In this document: piece after piece, positions 1 through 7,055 of the stretch
Position numbering within the stretch: position 1 is the first letter of the stretch
Layout of the letters: every line of letters starts with the position of its first letter
NCBI GenBank assembly: GCA_031409655.1
Contig: JANNXQ010000242.1
Span: 1-14,567 of the forward strand
Source of the DNA: Chthoniobacteraceae bacterium
Lineage (GTDB): Bacteria; Verrucomicrobiota; Verrucomicrobiia; Chthoniobacterales; Chthoniobacteraceae
Reading direction: 5' to 3'
Length of the DNA stretch: 14,567 nt
The notes under the pieces: generated by a model
Databases searched by the model: none
The model's input: the letters and a program-made list of their open reading frames with translations, nothing else
Told to the model about the DNA's origin: nothing
Program-made: the position numbers and the translations under genes

Positions 1-1
1 G

Positions 2-1012
2 GAATACCTGAGCCTTGCCAAGGAGAGCTGCGACCAACTGCGGGTCTATATTAACGACCTCCTCGACGTGACCCGGATGGAGACCGGGAAACTTACCGTG
101 CAACTAAAGCAGGTGTCCCCCGGACGCCTGGCAGAGAGGATCGTTCAGTTGATGCACCCGGTGGCGAAGAGCAAAGGGATTGATCTGAAAGCACAGGCGG
201 AACCGGACCTACCCGAGGCCAGCCTGGATGAAAACCGCATCCTGCAGGTTCTTGGAAATCTACTTAGCAACGCTCTCAAATTCACCGACACGGGAGGAGA
301 AGTCAGCGTGGAAATCGGACGAGCCCCGAAACGTCGCGAGTTCCTGCGCGTTTCCGTGAGGGATACGGGCCGCGGAATTCCCGCCGATCAGCAGGAGCAA
401 ATCTTTGATCGACTCTACCAGATTAAGTCAGGAGATAGCGTCACGGGCGACGGTCTGGGGCTTGGCCTTTATATCTGCCGCGAAGTTGTCGAATCGCATG
501 GCGGGAACATTTGGGTGGAAAGCATGGCCGGCTCGGGTAGCACCTTCCATTTTGAGTTACCCATGAGCCCGCAGGCGAGGCAGAGCAAAGTGCTCGTCGT
601 GGACGACGACATGGGTATCCGGACAATTCTTTGCGCGCAATTGGAACTGGATAATTTCACCGTCACCGCAGCCAGTGGTGGCAGGGAGGCTCTGCAGGAA
701 ATGGCTCGTGAGCTCCCGGATGTCGTGCTCCTAGACTTGCAAATGCCGAATATGTCCGGCGCGGACACGCTGATCGAAATCCGCAAGGCTTGGGATAACG
801 TGCCCGTGATCTTGCATACCGGCCATCCGGATAGCGAAGCGATCATGCGGGCCTTGCAGGAGTCGCCATTCAAAGTGCTCGCCAAGCCCTGCACCGGCGC
901 GCAACTCCTCGAAGCTGTCCACTCTGCCGTCGCTTTTGGCAAGCCATGCTGGAACGAAGGTCTGACCTCTCGGCCTTTGCGGAGTGGGAATGCGGAATAC
1001 AATCTCTCCTAG
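2..1012 (+). CDS. Hybrid sensor histidine kinase/response regulator (end of HisKA, HATPase_c, receiver); 5' end outside window
   Basis: Frame open from base 2 (EYLSLAKESCDQLRVYINDLLDVTRMETGKL, HisKA second helix). N box LGNLLSNALKFT, G1 VRDTGRGIP, F box IFDRLYQ, G2 GLGLGLYIC; C-terminal receiver KVLVVDDD...LLDLQMP...HTG...AKP. Confidence 0.95.
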   Translation, partial: EYLSLAKESCDQLRVYINDLLDVTRMETGKLTVQLKQVSPGRLAERIVQLMHPVAKSKGIDLKAQAEPDLPEASLDENRILQVLGNLLSNALKFTDTGGEVSVEIGRAPKRREFLRVSVRDTGRGIPADQQEQIFDRLYQIKSGDSVTGDGLGLGLYICREVVESHGGNIWVESMAGSGSTFHFELPMSPQARQSKVLVVDDDMGIRTILCAQLELDNFTVTAASGGREALQEMARELPDVVLLDLQMPNMSGADTLIEIRKAWDNVPVILHTGHPDSEAIMRALQESPFKVLAKPCTGAQLLEAVHSAVAFGKPCWNEGLTSRPLRSGNAEYNLS

Positions 1013-1026
1013 CTGACTTCCCGCTT

Positions 1027-1389
1027 CTGAAAAAAGTCCTGGTAGTGGAAGACGATCGTAAAATCGCGATGGTGCTCGCCATCCGATTGAAGGCGGCTGG
1101 CTATGAGGTGAGCACGGCCTCCGACGCGCGATCTGGGCTGGACGCCGCCATAAAAGGACAGCCTGACGCTGTGCTGCTGGATATCTCCATGCCTGGAGGT
1201 GATGGATTCTCCGTGGCGGAAGGAATTCAAAAGCTGGGGCCCAAGTTGCCCTCCATCATTTTCCTCACCGCGAGCAAACGACCAGAGTATCGCAAAAAAG
1301 CGGACGAGCTGGGCGCGGCTGGCTTCTTTGAGAAGCCATTCGACGCGAGCGAACTGCTCGCCGCCGTTCAGGCAACGCTAAGTAGCTGA
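1027..1389 (+). CDS. Single-domain (CheY-like) response regulator receiver; start uncertain (CTG 1027, GTG 1045 or ATG 946)
   Basis: KKVLVVEDD, phospho-acceptor LLDISMP, FLTAS, FEKPF; no output domain. Receiver homology starts at about 1027. Confidence 0.9.
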   Translation: MKKVLVVEDDRKIAMVLAIRLKAAGYEVSTASDARSGLDAAIKGQPDAVLLDISMPGGDGFSVAEGIQKLGPKLPSIIFLTASKRPEYRKKADELGAAGFFEKPFDASELLAAVQATLSS

Positions 1390-1448
1390 CTTATCTCGAA
1401 TGCGCCTGGTCGGACGAGAACGGACGCCGCCGTAGTGAGGACGCCAGC

Positions 1449-1479
1449 GGTCGCTTGGTCGGAAGCAAGCGACCTTATT
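1449..1479. terminator. Hairpin between convergent receiver genes, probable terminator
   Basis: Perfect 9-bp stem GGTCGCTTG-(8 nt)-CAAGCGACC followed by TTATT on +. Confidence 0.55.
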
Positions 1480-1500
1480 CGAAATCCGAACTTCCTTCTC

Positions 1501-1902
1501 TCACCCACCAACCGGAACCGCAGTCTTGCTTGAAAGCGCCTTTTCAATGGCTTCGAGCAACTCATCCGAATCGTAGGGCTTCTCGATGAACGCGGCACAT
1601 CCTGCCTCCTCAGCCTGCTTTCGCAGCTCGGGCCGCTTGCTCGCGGTCATGATGATAAAGGGGACATCTACCCCTGAGTCCTTCATTTCCAACGCGAGCC
1701 CCATGCCGAACGGAGCCTCCATCCCGTCGAGGACAGGCATCCAGATATCCAGGACCATCAAGTCTGGCCATTCCTCCAGCGCCAGGTCCACCGCGGCGAA
1801 GCCATCATGCGCTGTTAAGACTCGATAGCCATTGGCTCGGAGTCGCAGAGAGAGCGCAGTGGCGATCTTGACGTCGTCTTCGGCGATCAGAATGGTTTTC
1901 AT
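1501..1902 (-). CDS. Single-domain response regulator receiver
   Basis: MKTILIAEDD, VLDIWMP, IMTASK, IEKPY; 133 aa, no output domain. Confidence 0.93.
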   Translation of the reverse strand: MKTILIAEDDVKIATALSLRLRANGYRVLTAHDGFAAVDLALEEWPDLMVLDIWMPVLDGMEAPFGMGLALEMKDSGVDVPFIIMTASKRPELRKQAEEAGCAAFIEKPYDSDELLEAIEKALSSKTAVPVGG

Positions 1903-1970
1903 GGCTTGTTATTGAGCGGTGTTTGCGGGGGTTAGTTCTGTTTTCCGCAGTTGGCGGATACAACGGTCCG

Positions 1971-1986
1971 TGCACCATTCATGCCG
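1971..1986 (-). promoter_or_regulatory. Candidate sigma54 (-24/-12) promoter for the 1501..1902 receiver gene
   Basis: Minus strand CGGCATGAATGGTGCA has exact GG-N10-GC spacing and resembles TGGCACG-N4-TTGCW; about 70 nt upstream of the ATG and correctly oriented. Confidence 0.55.
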
Positions 1987-2072
1987 CGAGTGATGCGAGA
2001 ATGCATCCGCCCGTCTTTGCCGTGCATTTGGCGCGTGCCCATGGCACGAAAAACGAACGTAAGCCGCGGATC

Positions 2073-2886
2073 TCAGCCCGCTTTCGTCCGTCGGGTGGAG
2101 AGAAACTTCACCAGTGCCCCGGCTGCGAGGGCGAGGAGGAGCAGAGCGCCGGTGAGGAGGCTGGAGAGTTCGCGGGAGATGGCGGAGGTGGCGACGATCC
2201 GGGAGAGGCCATTCGCCAGGACGGCCACGGCGGCAACGCCGAGTTGGCGCTCGACGGGGCGGCCGGCGTAGCGCGCGCCTTCCGGGACAAAGCCGATGGC
2301 GCGGAAGGAGCGGCCAAAGGTGGTGCGGTGGACGAGCAGCCAGATGGCGGCGGCGATGACGAGGAAGGCCCAGGCCTGCACGGGCACACCGAGGAGGAAG
2401 CCATTGCCCAGCGCGAGGAAGCTCTCGGCGAAGCCGGTGAAGGATCGCGTGCCGCCAGTGAGCGCTTCGGCGAGTCCGCGGAAGAGCGAGAAGGTGCCGA
2501 GGGTGACGATGAGGGGCGGCAGACCGAGGCGCGCGATGAGGGCCGCAATGATGCCACCGCCCAGCTCGCCGACCGCGATGGCACCGAGCCCGGCGATCCA
2601 CGGAGGGAGGCCGGCATCGTGCCAGAGCACGCCAAAGGCGACCGCGCACAGGCCGAGCAGCGAGCCGACGGAGAGATCGATGCCGCCGGTGAGGATGACG
2701 GGCGTCATGACCAGCGGGAGCAGTCCGATCTCGACGGATTGGCGGACGATATTCGCGACATTGTCCGCGGTGAGGAAGCGGCGGCCGAGGGTATTGAAGA
2801 GGGCGATCTCCGCGACGAGGACGAGCAGGAGGACGACCTCCTGCCGGGCGAGAACTCGGAGGGAGAAATGATGCGAGGAGAGAATG
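2073..2886 (-). pseudogene. Sugar ABC transporter permease (RbsC/BPD_transp_2-like), internally deleted, no clear start
   Basis: Motifs MTPVILTGGIDLSVGS, LPPLIVTLGTFSLFRGLA, HRTTFGRSFRAIG, then a jump from GARYAGRPVERQL to GVAAVAVLANGL that skips the usual ELxAIAAVVLGGTSIxGGxG block. No partner ATPase or binding-protein genes adjacent. Confidence 0.75.
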
Positions 2887-3374
2887 TCGCCGAAGCCCCG
2901 AAATACTCGGGCCTCTGGACAGGCAAAACACCCGAGCATTTCACGGAAGGCCTCACGGAGGTGCGCGAACTGGTGAAGGCGACGGTGAGCAGGGGCGCGG
3001 AGCAGAGTGCGCCGATCACGGGCAATACGGAGGCGCTGCGGAATCTGCGCACGGATCTCGAAAAGCGGCTGTATGCCGTGGCGCGGGGGCGTGTCCGAAA
3101 GTTTGTGTTTTGGACAGGGTTCGGTGTCGCGGTGGGTGCGCCTTCGGGAGCGCGGGCGCGGCGCAAGGCGCTGACCGAGCAACTGCCCAACGATGGGCGC
3201 GCGATCGAGGCGAAGTTTTCGGAGCTGGACGATCTGATGATTCAATTTGCCGACACCGCGGCGGGCGATGAATTCGTCGGCGCGTGGTTCAACGCACGCA
3301 AGGTGGTGGAACTCGGGCGGCGCGCGGCGAAGCCGGCGGTGGCGGTGCCGGAGCCGGGTCCAGCGCCGCGATAG
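2868..3374 (+). pseudogene. Hypothetical helical protein, probably a 5'-truncated or internally disrupted remnant
   Basis: From about 2887 the + frame shows natural GC3-rich codon use and amphipathic helical sequence (EALRNLRTDLEKRL; EAKFSELDDLMIQF; WFNARKVVELGRR). The available ATGs (2868/2871) overlap the permease remnant; AT-rich palindrome at 3092-3116. Confidence 0.45.
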
Positions 3375-3487
3375 GGTCGGCGGGCCTGATCGACTGCTGA
3401 CGAACGGACTTTGCGGAAGTTGACGTGGCGCTGGCGCGCGTGGCTTTCGCAGGGCGCGACGGAGCGCACCATCCGGCTTGGCGGCGG

Positions 3488-4348
3488 CTACGGACGCGTG
3501 CTGACCTTTGTGTCGGTGGGGAAATCCGCTGGCATCTTGTCCGTGACTTTGCCGGTGGCGGCCCATTCGGTGCCGCGGCGCAGGGTGCTGGCGAAACCGG
3601 CGCATTTGATCGCATCCGCGGCGTGGCCGAGCGCGGTGTGGAAGACGCGGCCCTGGCCGAAGGTGATCGTCATGAGCATTGGTTCGTCGCGTCCGGTGCC
3701 GCCGGTGGCGGGATCGGAAAAGGCGCTGGCGAGCACCGTCACGTTTTGCGCCGGGCCGCGCAGGCTGTCGTAGAGTTCGTCTTTGCCATGCATCCACTTC
3801 GCCGGCAGTCCGGCCATGATGGGGTGCTCGGCCGCGCGCGTGGTCATCAGGAATTCATGCTGCTGGCCGTGGTGGCCGCCTTTGCCGGGCGTCGGGTCCG
3901 CGGCCCATTTTCCATCCACGAGTCGGAGGTAAGGTCCGGATTTCTCGGTGCGCCCGCCCCAGCCGCCGAGACCGATCATCTCATTGTATGCCGTCCATTC
4001 CGTGAAGGCATTGTTCGCTGCATGCACCGGCACGAAGCCCCCGCCGCCGCTCACGTACTTTTCGAAAGCATCGCGCGTCGAATCGGCCCAGAGCTCGCCA
4101 TTGTAGTTCGAGACTACCACCTGATACGCCGCAAAGTCCGGCTTGAAGGTGCTGAGATCCCCGCCTTTCGCGGGCGAAGTGGCCACGTCCACTTTGCAGA
4201 GTCCGCCGTCTTCCAGGATCTGCTTGAGCATCGGTGTGGTGGTCGCCCAGGCGTGATTATTCTGTCCATCGACGATCAGGACTTTTAGCGGTGCCGCGCT
4301 GGCGTGGATGGCGAAGACGGCAGTGAGGAGAGGGAGGAGGAATTTCAT
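3488..4348 (-). CDS. ThuA-like (trehalose utilisation, class I GATase-like fold) domain protein with signal peptide
   Basis: Signal [78 protein letters not shown]. Confidence 0.92.
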   Translation of the reverse strand: MKFLLPLLTAVFAIHASAAPLKVLIVDGQNNHAWATTTPMLKQILEDGGLCKVDVATSPAKGGDLSTFKPDFAAYQVVVSNYNGELWADSTRDAFEKYVSGGGGFVPVHAANNAFTEWTAYNEMIGLGGWGGRTEKSGPYLRLVDGKWAADPTPGKGGHHGQQHEFLMTTRAAEHPIMAGLPAKWMHGKDELYDSLRGPAQNVTVLASAFSDPATGGTGRDEPMLMTITFGQGRVFHTALGHAADAIKCAGFASTLRRGTEWAATGKVTDKMPADFPTDTKVSTRP

Positions 4349-4530
4349 AACTGGGGAGATTGTCGTGACGGGGTGGAACTTGGCGAGCCCAGTTGTGACG
4401 GGCGCTGCACGGGGATGGAGGAAGAAAACGCCAAACTTCAAACGCCAAACTCCAAACGCTAAAGGAAGAGCGGCGGCCGACCGTCCCGCGGAATTCTGCC
4501 CGTTTAAAGTTTGGCGTTTGAAGTTTGAAG

Positions 4531-4690
4531 CGTGCCTATCCGGTTCGTGGCCAAGTGGCGGGGGAGTTGGACAGGATGATCAAGATTGGCAGGATTCACG
4601 GGATTCCCTCTGTCGAAATCCTGGAATCCTCTGAATCCTGTGAATCCTGTCTCCAGTTTTGGAAGCTTGGGAACAAAGCGGATAGGCATG
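4531..4690. mobile_element. 160-bp non-autonomous MITE, possibly IS4-family derived
   Basis: Terminal inverted repeats CGTGCCTATCCG / CGGATAGGCATG (11/12 match), flanked exactly by direct repeats GTTTGAAG (4523-4530, 4691-4698). Confidence 0.7.
4570..4651. repeat. Palindromic element made of ~9-bp tandem units (CAGGATT.../AATCCTG...), inside the MITE
   Basis: GACAGGATG ATCAAGATT GGCAGGATT CACGGGATT - spacer - AATCCTGG AATCCTCTG AATCCTGTG AATCCTGTC. Confidence 0.85.
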
Positions 4691-4746
4691 GTTTGAAGTT
4701 TGGCGTTTAGCTCGCCTTCGTTCCGGCCTCGGCGCTTACTTCCCAG

Positions 4747-5553
4747 ATGCGTCTTCCCTCCTTCGCCACGTGCATCGCAGCCGTCGTTCTTGCTCCTGGC
4801 GTCCACGCCAAGCCGCCGCCAAAGGTCTCCGCGTGGCAGGGATACGAGCGCCTGGACTTCTCGGTCGCCGGGAAACCTGGCTGGATCGTGAAGCCAAAGA
4901 CCGCCGCCGCTGGGCGTCCGTGGATTTGGCGCACGGAATTTTTCGGTCACGAACCGCAGGCCGACATCGCGCTGCTCGGCGTTGGCTGGCATGTCGCCTA
5001 TTATAAAGTGAGCGACATGTACGGCGCGCCCGCGTCGATCGATCTCCTGGCCGGTTTCCACGCCGCCGTGACGCGCGACTTTTCGCTCAACCAGCGCGCC
5101 GTCCTCGAAGGCTTCAGCCGCGGTGGTCTCTACGCGGTGAACTTCGCCGCCACGCATCCCGACAAGACCGCTGCGCTCTATCTCGACGCCCCCGTACTCG
5201 ACATCCGAAGCTGGCCCGGCGGCAAAGGGAAGGGGAAGGGGAGCCCGAAGAATTGGCAGGAGGCCCTGGCAATCTACGGACTGACTGAAGAGACCGCCGT
5301 CACCTTCAAAGGCAATCCGCTCGACCGCCTGGAGCCTATCGCCAAAGCCCGCATCCCCATCCTCTCCATCTGCGGCGCTGCTGATTCGGTCGTGCCAATG
5401 GCCGAAAACACGGCCTTGCTGGAGTCCCGCTACAAAGCCCTCGGTGGCCTGATCGAAGTCATCGCCAAACCCGGCGTCGATCACCACCCCCACAGTCTCA
5501 AGGACCCGCAGCCGATCGTCGATTTTCTTCTAAAGAACGCCTACGCGAAGTAG
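4747..5553 (+). CDS. Secreted alpha/beta-fold serine hydrolase (esterase / peptidase S9-like)
   Basis: Signal-like N-terminus, PWIWRTEFFGHEPQ, nucleophile elbow GFSRGG, acid GAADSVVP, His in HHPHSL. Confidence 0.9.
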   Translation: MRLPSFATCIAAVVLAPGVHAKPPPKVSAWQGYERLDFSVAGKPGWIVKPKTAAAGRPWIWRTEFFGHEPQADIALLGVGWHVAYYKVSDMYGAPASIDLLAGFHAAVTRDFSLNQRAVLEGFSRGGLYAVNFAATHPDKTAALYLDAPVLDIRSWPGGKGKGKGSPKNWQEALAIYGLTEETAVTFKGNPLDRLEPIAKARIPILSICGAADSVVPMAENTALLESRYKALGGLIEVIAKPGVDHHPHSLKDPQPIVDFLLKNAYAK

Positions 5554-5599
5554 GCGAGCGGTCCGGCGCTTGGAGACTGGGGAAGAAGTCTCGGAGAAG

Positions 5600-5665
5600 C
5601 CACGGATTGCGCGGATGGCACGGATTGGACCTTCTGAAAATCCGCGTCATCCGCGCAATCCGTGG
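5600..5665. repeat. Palindromic element made of 9-bp tandem units (CACGGATT type)
   Basis: 27-bp arms CCACGGATTGCGCGGATGGCACGGATT / AATCCGCGTCATCCGCGCAATCCGTGG, 25/27 complementary, 12-nt spacer. Confidence 0.9.
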
Positions 5666-5710
5666 TCAAAAATCAGCTCGGGGAATTCTTACGCGAGCCA
5701 TTTCTCCACG

Positions 5711-5740
5711 AAAAAAGCGCGCACCACACAGGTCCGCGCT
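5711..5740 (-). terminator. Rho-independent terminator of the small basic ORF
   Basis: Minus strand AGCGCGGACC-TGTGT-GGTGCGCGC followed by T6, about 40 nt after the TAA at 5782. Confidence 0.8.
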
Positions 5741-5781
5741 CTGAGCAGGCTCAAGCTGCCGCCCGCGAGTGGGCCGGAGTT

Positions 5782-5886
5782 TTACTTCGCCGCTTTTGCC
5801 TGGCTCTTCGCGAGCGCGAGGCTGTCGTTTTTTTTGCGCCGGACGGCGCGTTTCTTGGCGTTGTCTTTGCCTTTGCAGTGTCCCAT
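5782..5886 (-). CDS. 34-aa Lys/Arg-rich small protein MGHCKGKDNAKKRAVRRKKNDSLALAKSQAKAAK
   Basis: ATG start, TAA stop, strongly basic composition, lies in an otherwise gene-free gap and is followed by a correctly oriented intrinsic terminator. Confidence 0.7.
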   Translation of the reverse strand: MGHCKGKDNAKKRAVRRKKNDSLALAKSQAKAAK

Positions 5887-6034
5887 AGATCCGCAGGACA
5901 TCTGGATTGGCGGACAAAGCCCACACAATTCGCCTCCGAGATCTTGCCGCGACCGCAATCCCAAGACGTGCGGTGACTGCGCGGCGGTCAGGGGATTGCT
6001 TCCGCCGGGGATTCCATCGAAGCTCGCGGCCACC

Positions 6035-6940
6035 TTGGATACCGCCACTCCGCTCCTTTTCGATTCCGCCTTTCTGGTGAAGCTGGAGCAGCTCTATCTG
6101 CTCTCGAAAAAACTCTTTCGCGGCGAGCATCGCGCGGAGCGGCGGTCGCGGCAGACGGGTTCGAGCATGGAGTTTGCGGACTACCGCAACTACTCGATCG
6201 GCGACGACCTGCGGTCGATTGATTGGAATATCTACGGACGCCTCGATCGGCTCTTCATCAAACTCTTCGAGCAGGAGCAGGATCTCGACATTCACTTCCT
6301 CGTCGATGCCAGCGCGTCGATGCGCTGGTCGCCGAGGGGTGAAAGGATCACGAAATTTGACCAGGCCAGGCGCATCGCCGCATCGCTCGGGTATATCGCT
6401 CTGGCGAATCTCGATCGGGCAAACGTGCTCTGGTTTTCCAATGCGCTCGGCGACGACCTCGGGCTCGTCCGCGGCAAGAGCCAGTTTCACAGCCTGCTCG
6501 AATTTCTCCGGCGCGCCCCCGAGGCGGAGGGAGCCACGGGTCTGCTGGCCACGGCGCGGACTTTTACGCAGCGGTTGAAAAGGCGCGGCCTCGTCTTTGT
6601 GCTCAGCGATTTCCTCGATCCCGCTGGCTACGAAGAAGCGCTCGGCCTGCTGCGGTTCAATCGTTTCGACGTGCACGTCATCCAGATCCTCGATCCCGCC
6701 GAGTTGCGCCCGGAAGCGACCGGCGATCTGCGGCTCGTGGATTGCGAAACCGGCGCGCCACTCGAAGTCACCGCCAGCGCCGCCGTGCTCCGGAGCTATC
6801 ACGACGAAGTGGACCGCTTCCTCGCGGAACTCACTGGCTTCTGTCTGCGCCGCGGCATTGCCTACGCCCAGGCCTCCACGGCGGTGCCCTTTGAAGACCT
6901 CGTGCTCCGGGTGCTGCGGGACGGGATGATCCTCAAGTGA
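6035..6940 (+). CDS. DUF58 family protein (MoxR-associated, VWA-like)
   Basis: GEHRAERRSRQTGSSMEFADYRNYSIGDDLRSIDWNIYGRLDRLFIKLFEQE, VDASASM, VFVLSDFLD, DPAE; probable TTG start at 6035. Confidence 0.93.
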   Translation: MDTATPLLFDSAFLVKLEQLYLLSKKLFRGEHRAERRSRQTGSSMEFADYRNYSIGDDLRSIDWNIYGRLDRLFIKLFEQEQDLDIHFLVDASASMRWSPRGERITKFDQARRIAASLGYIALANLDRANVLWFSNALGDDLGLVRGKSQFHSLLEFLRRAPEAEGATGLLATARTFTQRLKRRGLVFVLSDFLDPAGYEEALGLLRFNRFDVHVIQILDPAELRPEATGDLRLVDCETGAPLEVTASAAVLRSYHDEVDRFLAELTGFCLRRGIAYAQASTAVPFEDLVLRVLRDGMILK

Positions 6941-6941
6941 T

Positions 6942-7046
6942 GAGAACATCGAACATCGAACATCGAACGCTGAACATCGAGCGGACTCCGTCCGGTGATT
7001 GCTTCGTTCGACGTTCAATGTTCGAAGTTCGATATTCGAAGTTCTC
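6942..7046. repeat. Palindromic element made of 7-bp tandem units (GAACATC type)
   Basis: 42-bp arms 6942-6983 and 7005-7046, about 35/42 complementary by hand count; fills the DUF58-BatA gap. Confidence 0.9.
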
Positions 7047-7055
7047 CCGTCCCCG

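Larger units (their letters stand above)
4426..4708. repeat. Palindromic element made of 7-bp tandem units (CAAACGC/CAAACTT); right arm split by a MITE
   Basis: Left arm 4426-4463 (38 bp). Right arm 4503-4530 plus 4699-4708 rebuilds to 38 bp with the same TTTA + 4 heptamers + GCGTTT layout once the insert and one duplicated 8-mer are removed. Confidence 0.85.

Noticed and set aside
2042..2058. Plus-strand TGGCACG as a sigma54 promoter
   Set aside because: The -12 position reads GA rather than GC and no + gene follows.
1923..2867. Acidic N-terminal two-thirds of the 483-aa + ORF
   Set aside because: Antisense shadow of the hydrophobic permease; not an independent protein.
2887..3797. N-terminal part of the 574-aa - ORF
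   Set aside because: Arg-rich off-frame reading of the ThuA-like gene and antisense of the hypothetical; only 2073-2886 is permease-like.
5554..5790. Hairpin-rich gap as a structured ncRNA (tmRNA, 6S, riboswitch)
   Set aside because: The main stems are explained by the nonamer element and terminator; no tRNA-like ends or riboswitch consensus recognised. An Rfam cmscan would settle it.
5570..6034. N-terminal extension of DUF58 in the ORF track
   Set aside because: Runs through a repeat, a terminator and the antisense small gene; DUF58 homology starts near 6035.
4426..7046. Short repeats as a CRISPR array
   Set aside because: Units are 7-9 bp, tandem and arranged as inverted arms, with no unique spacers and no cas genes.
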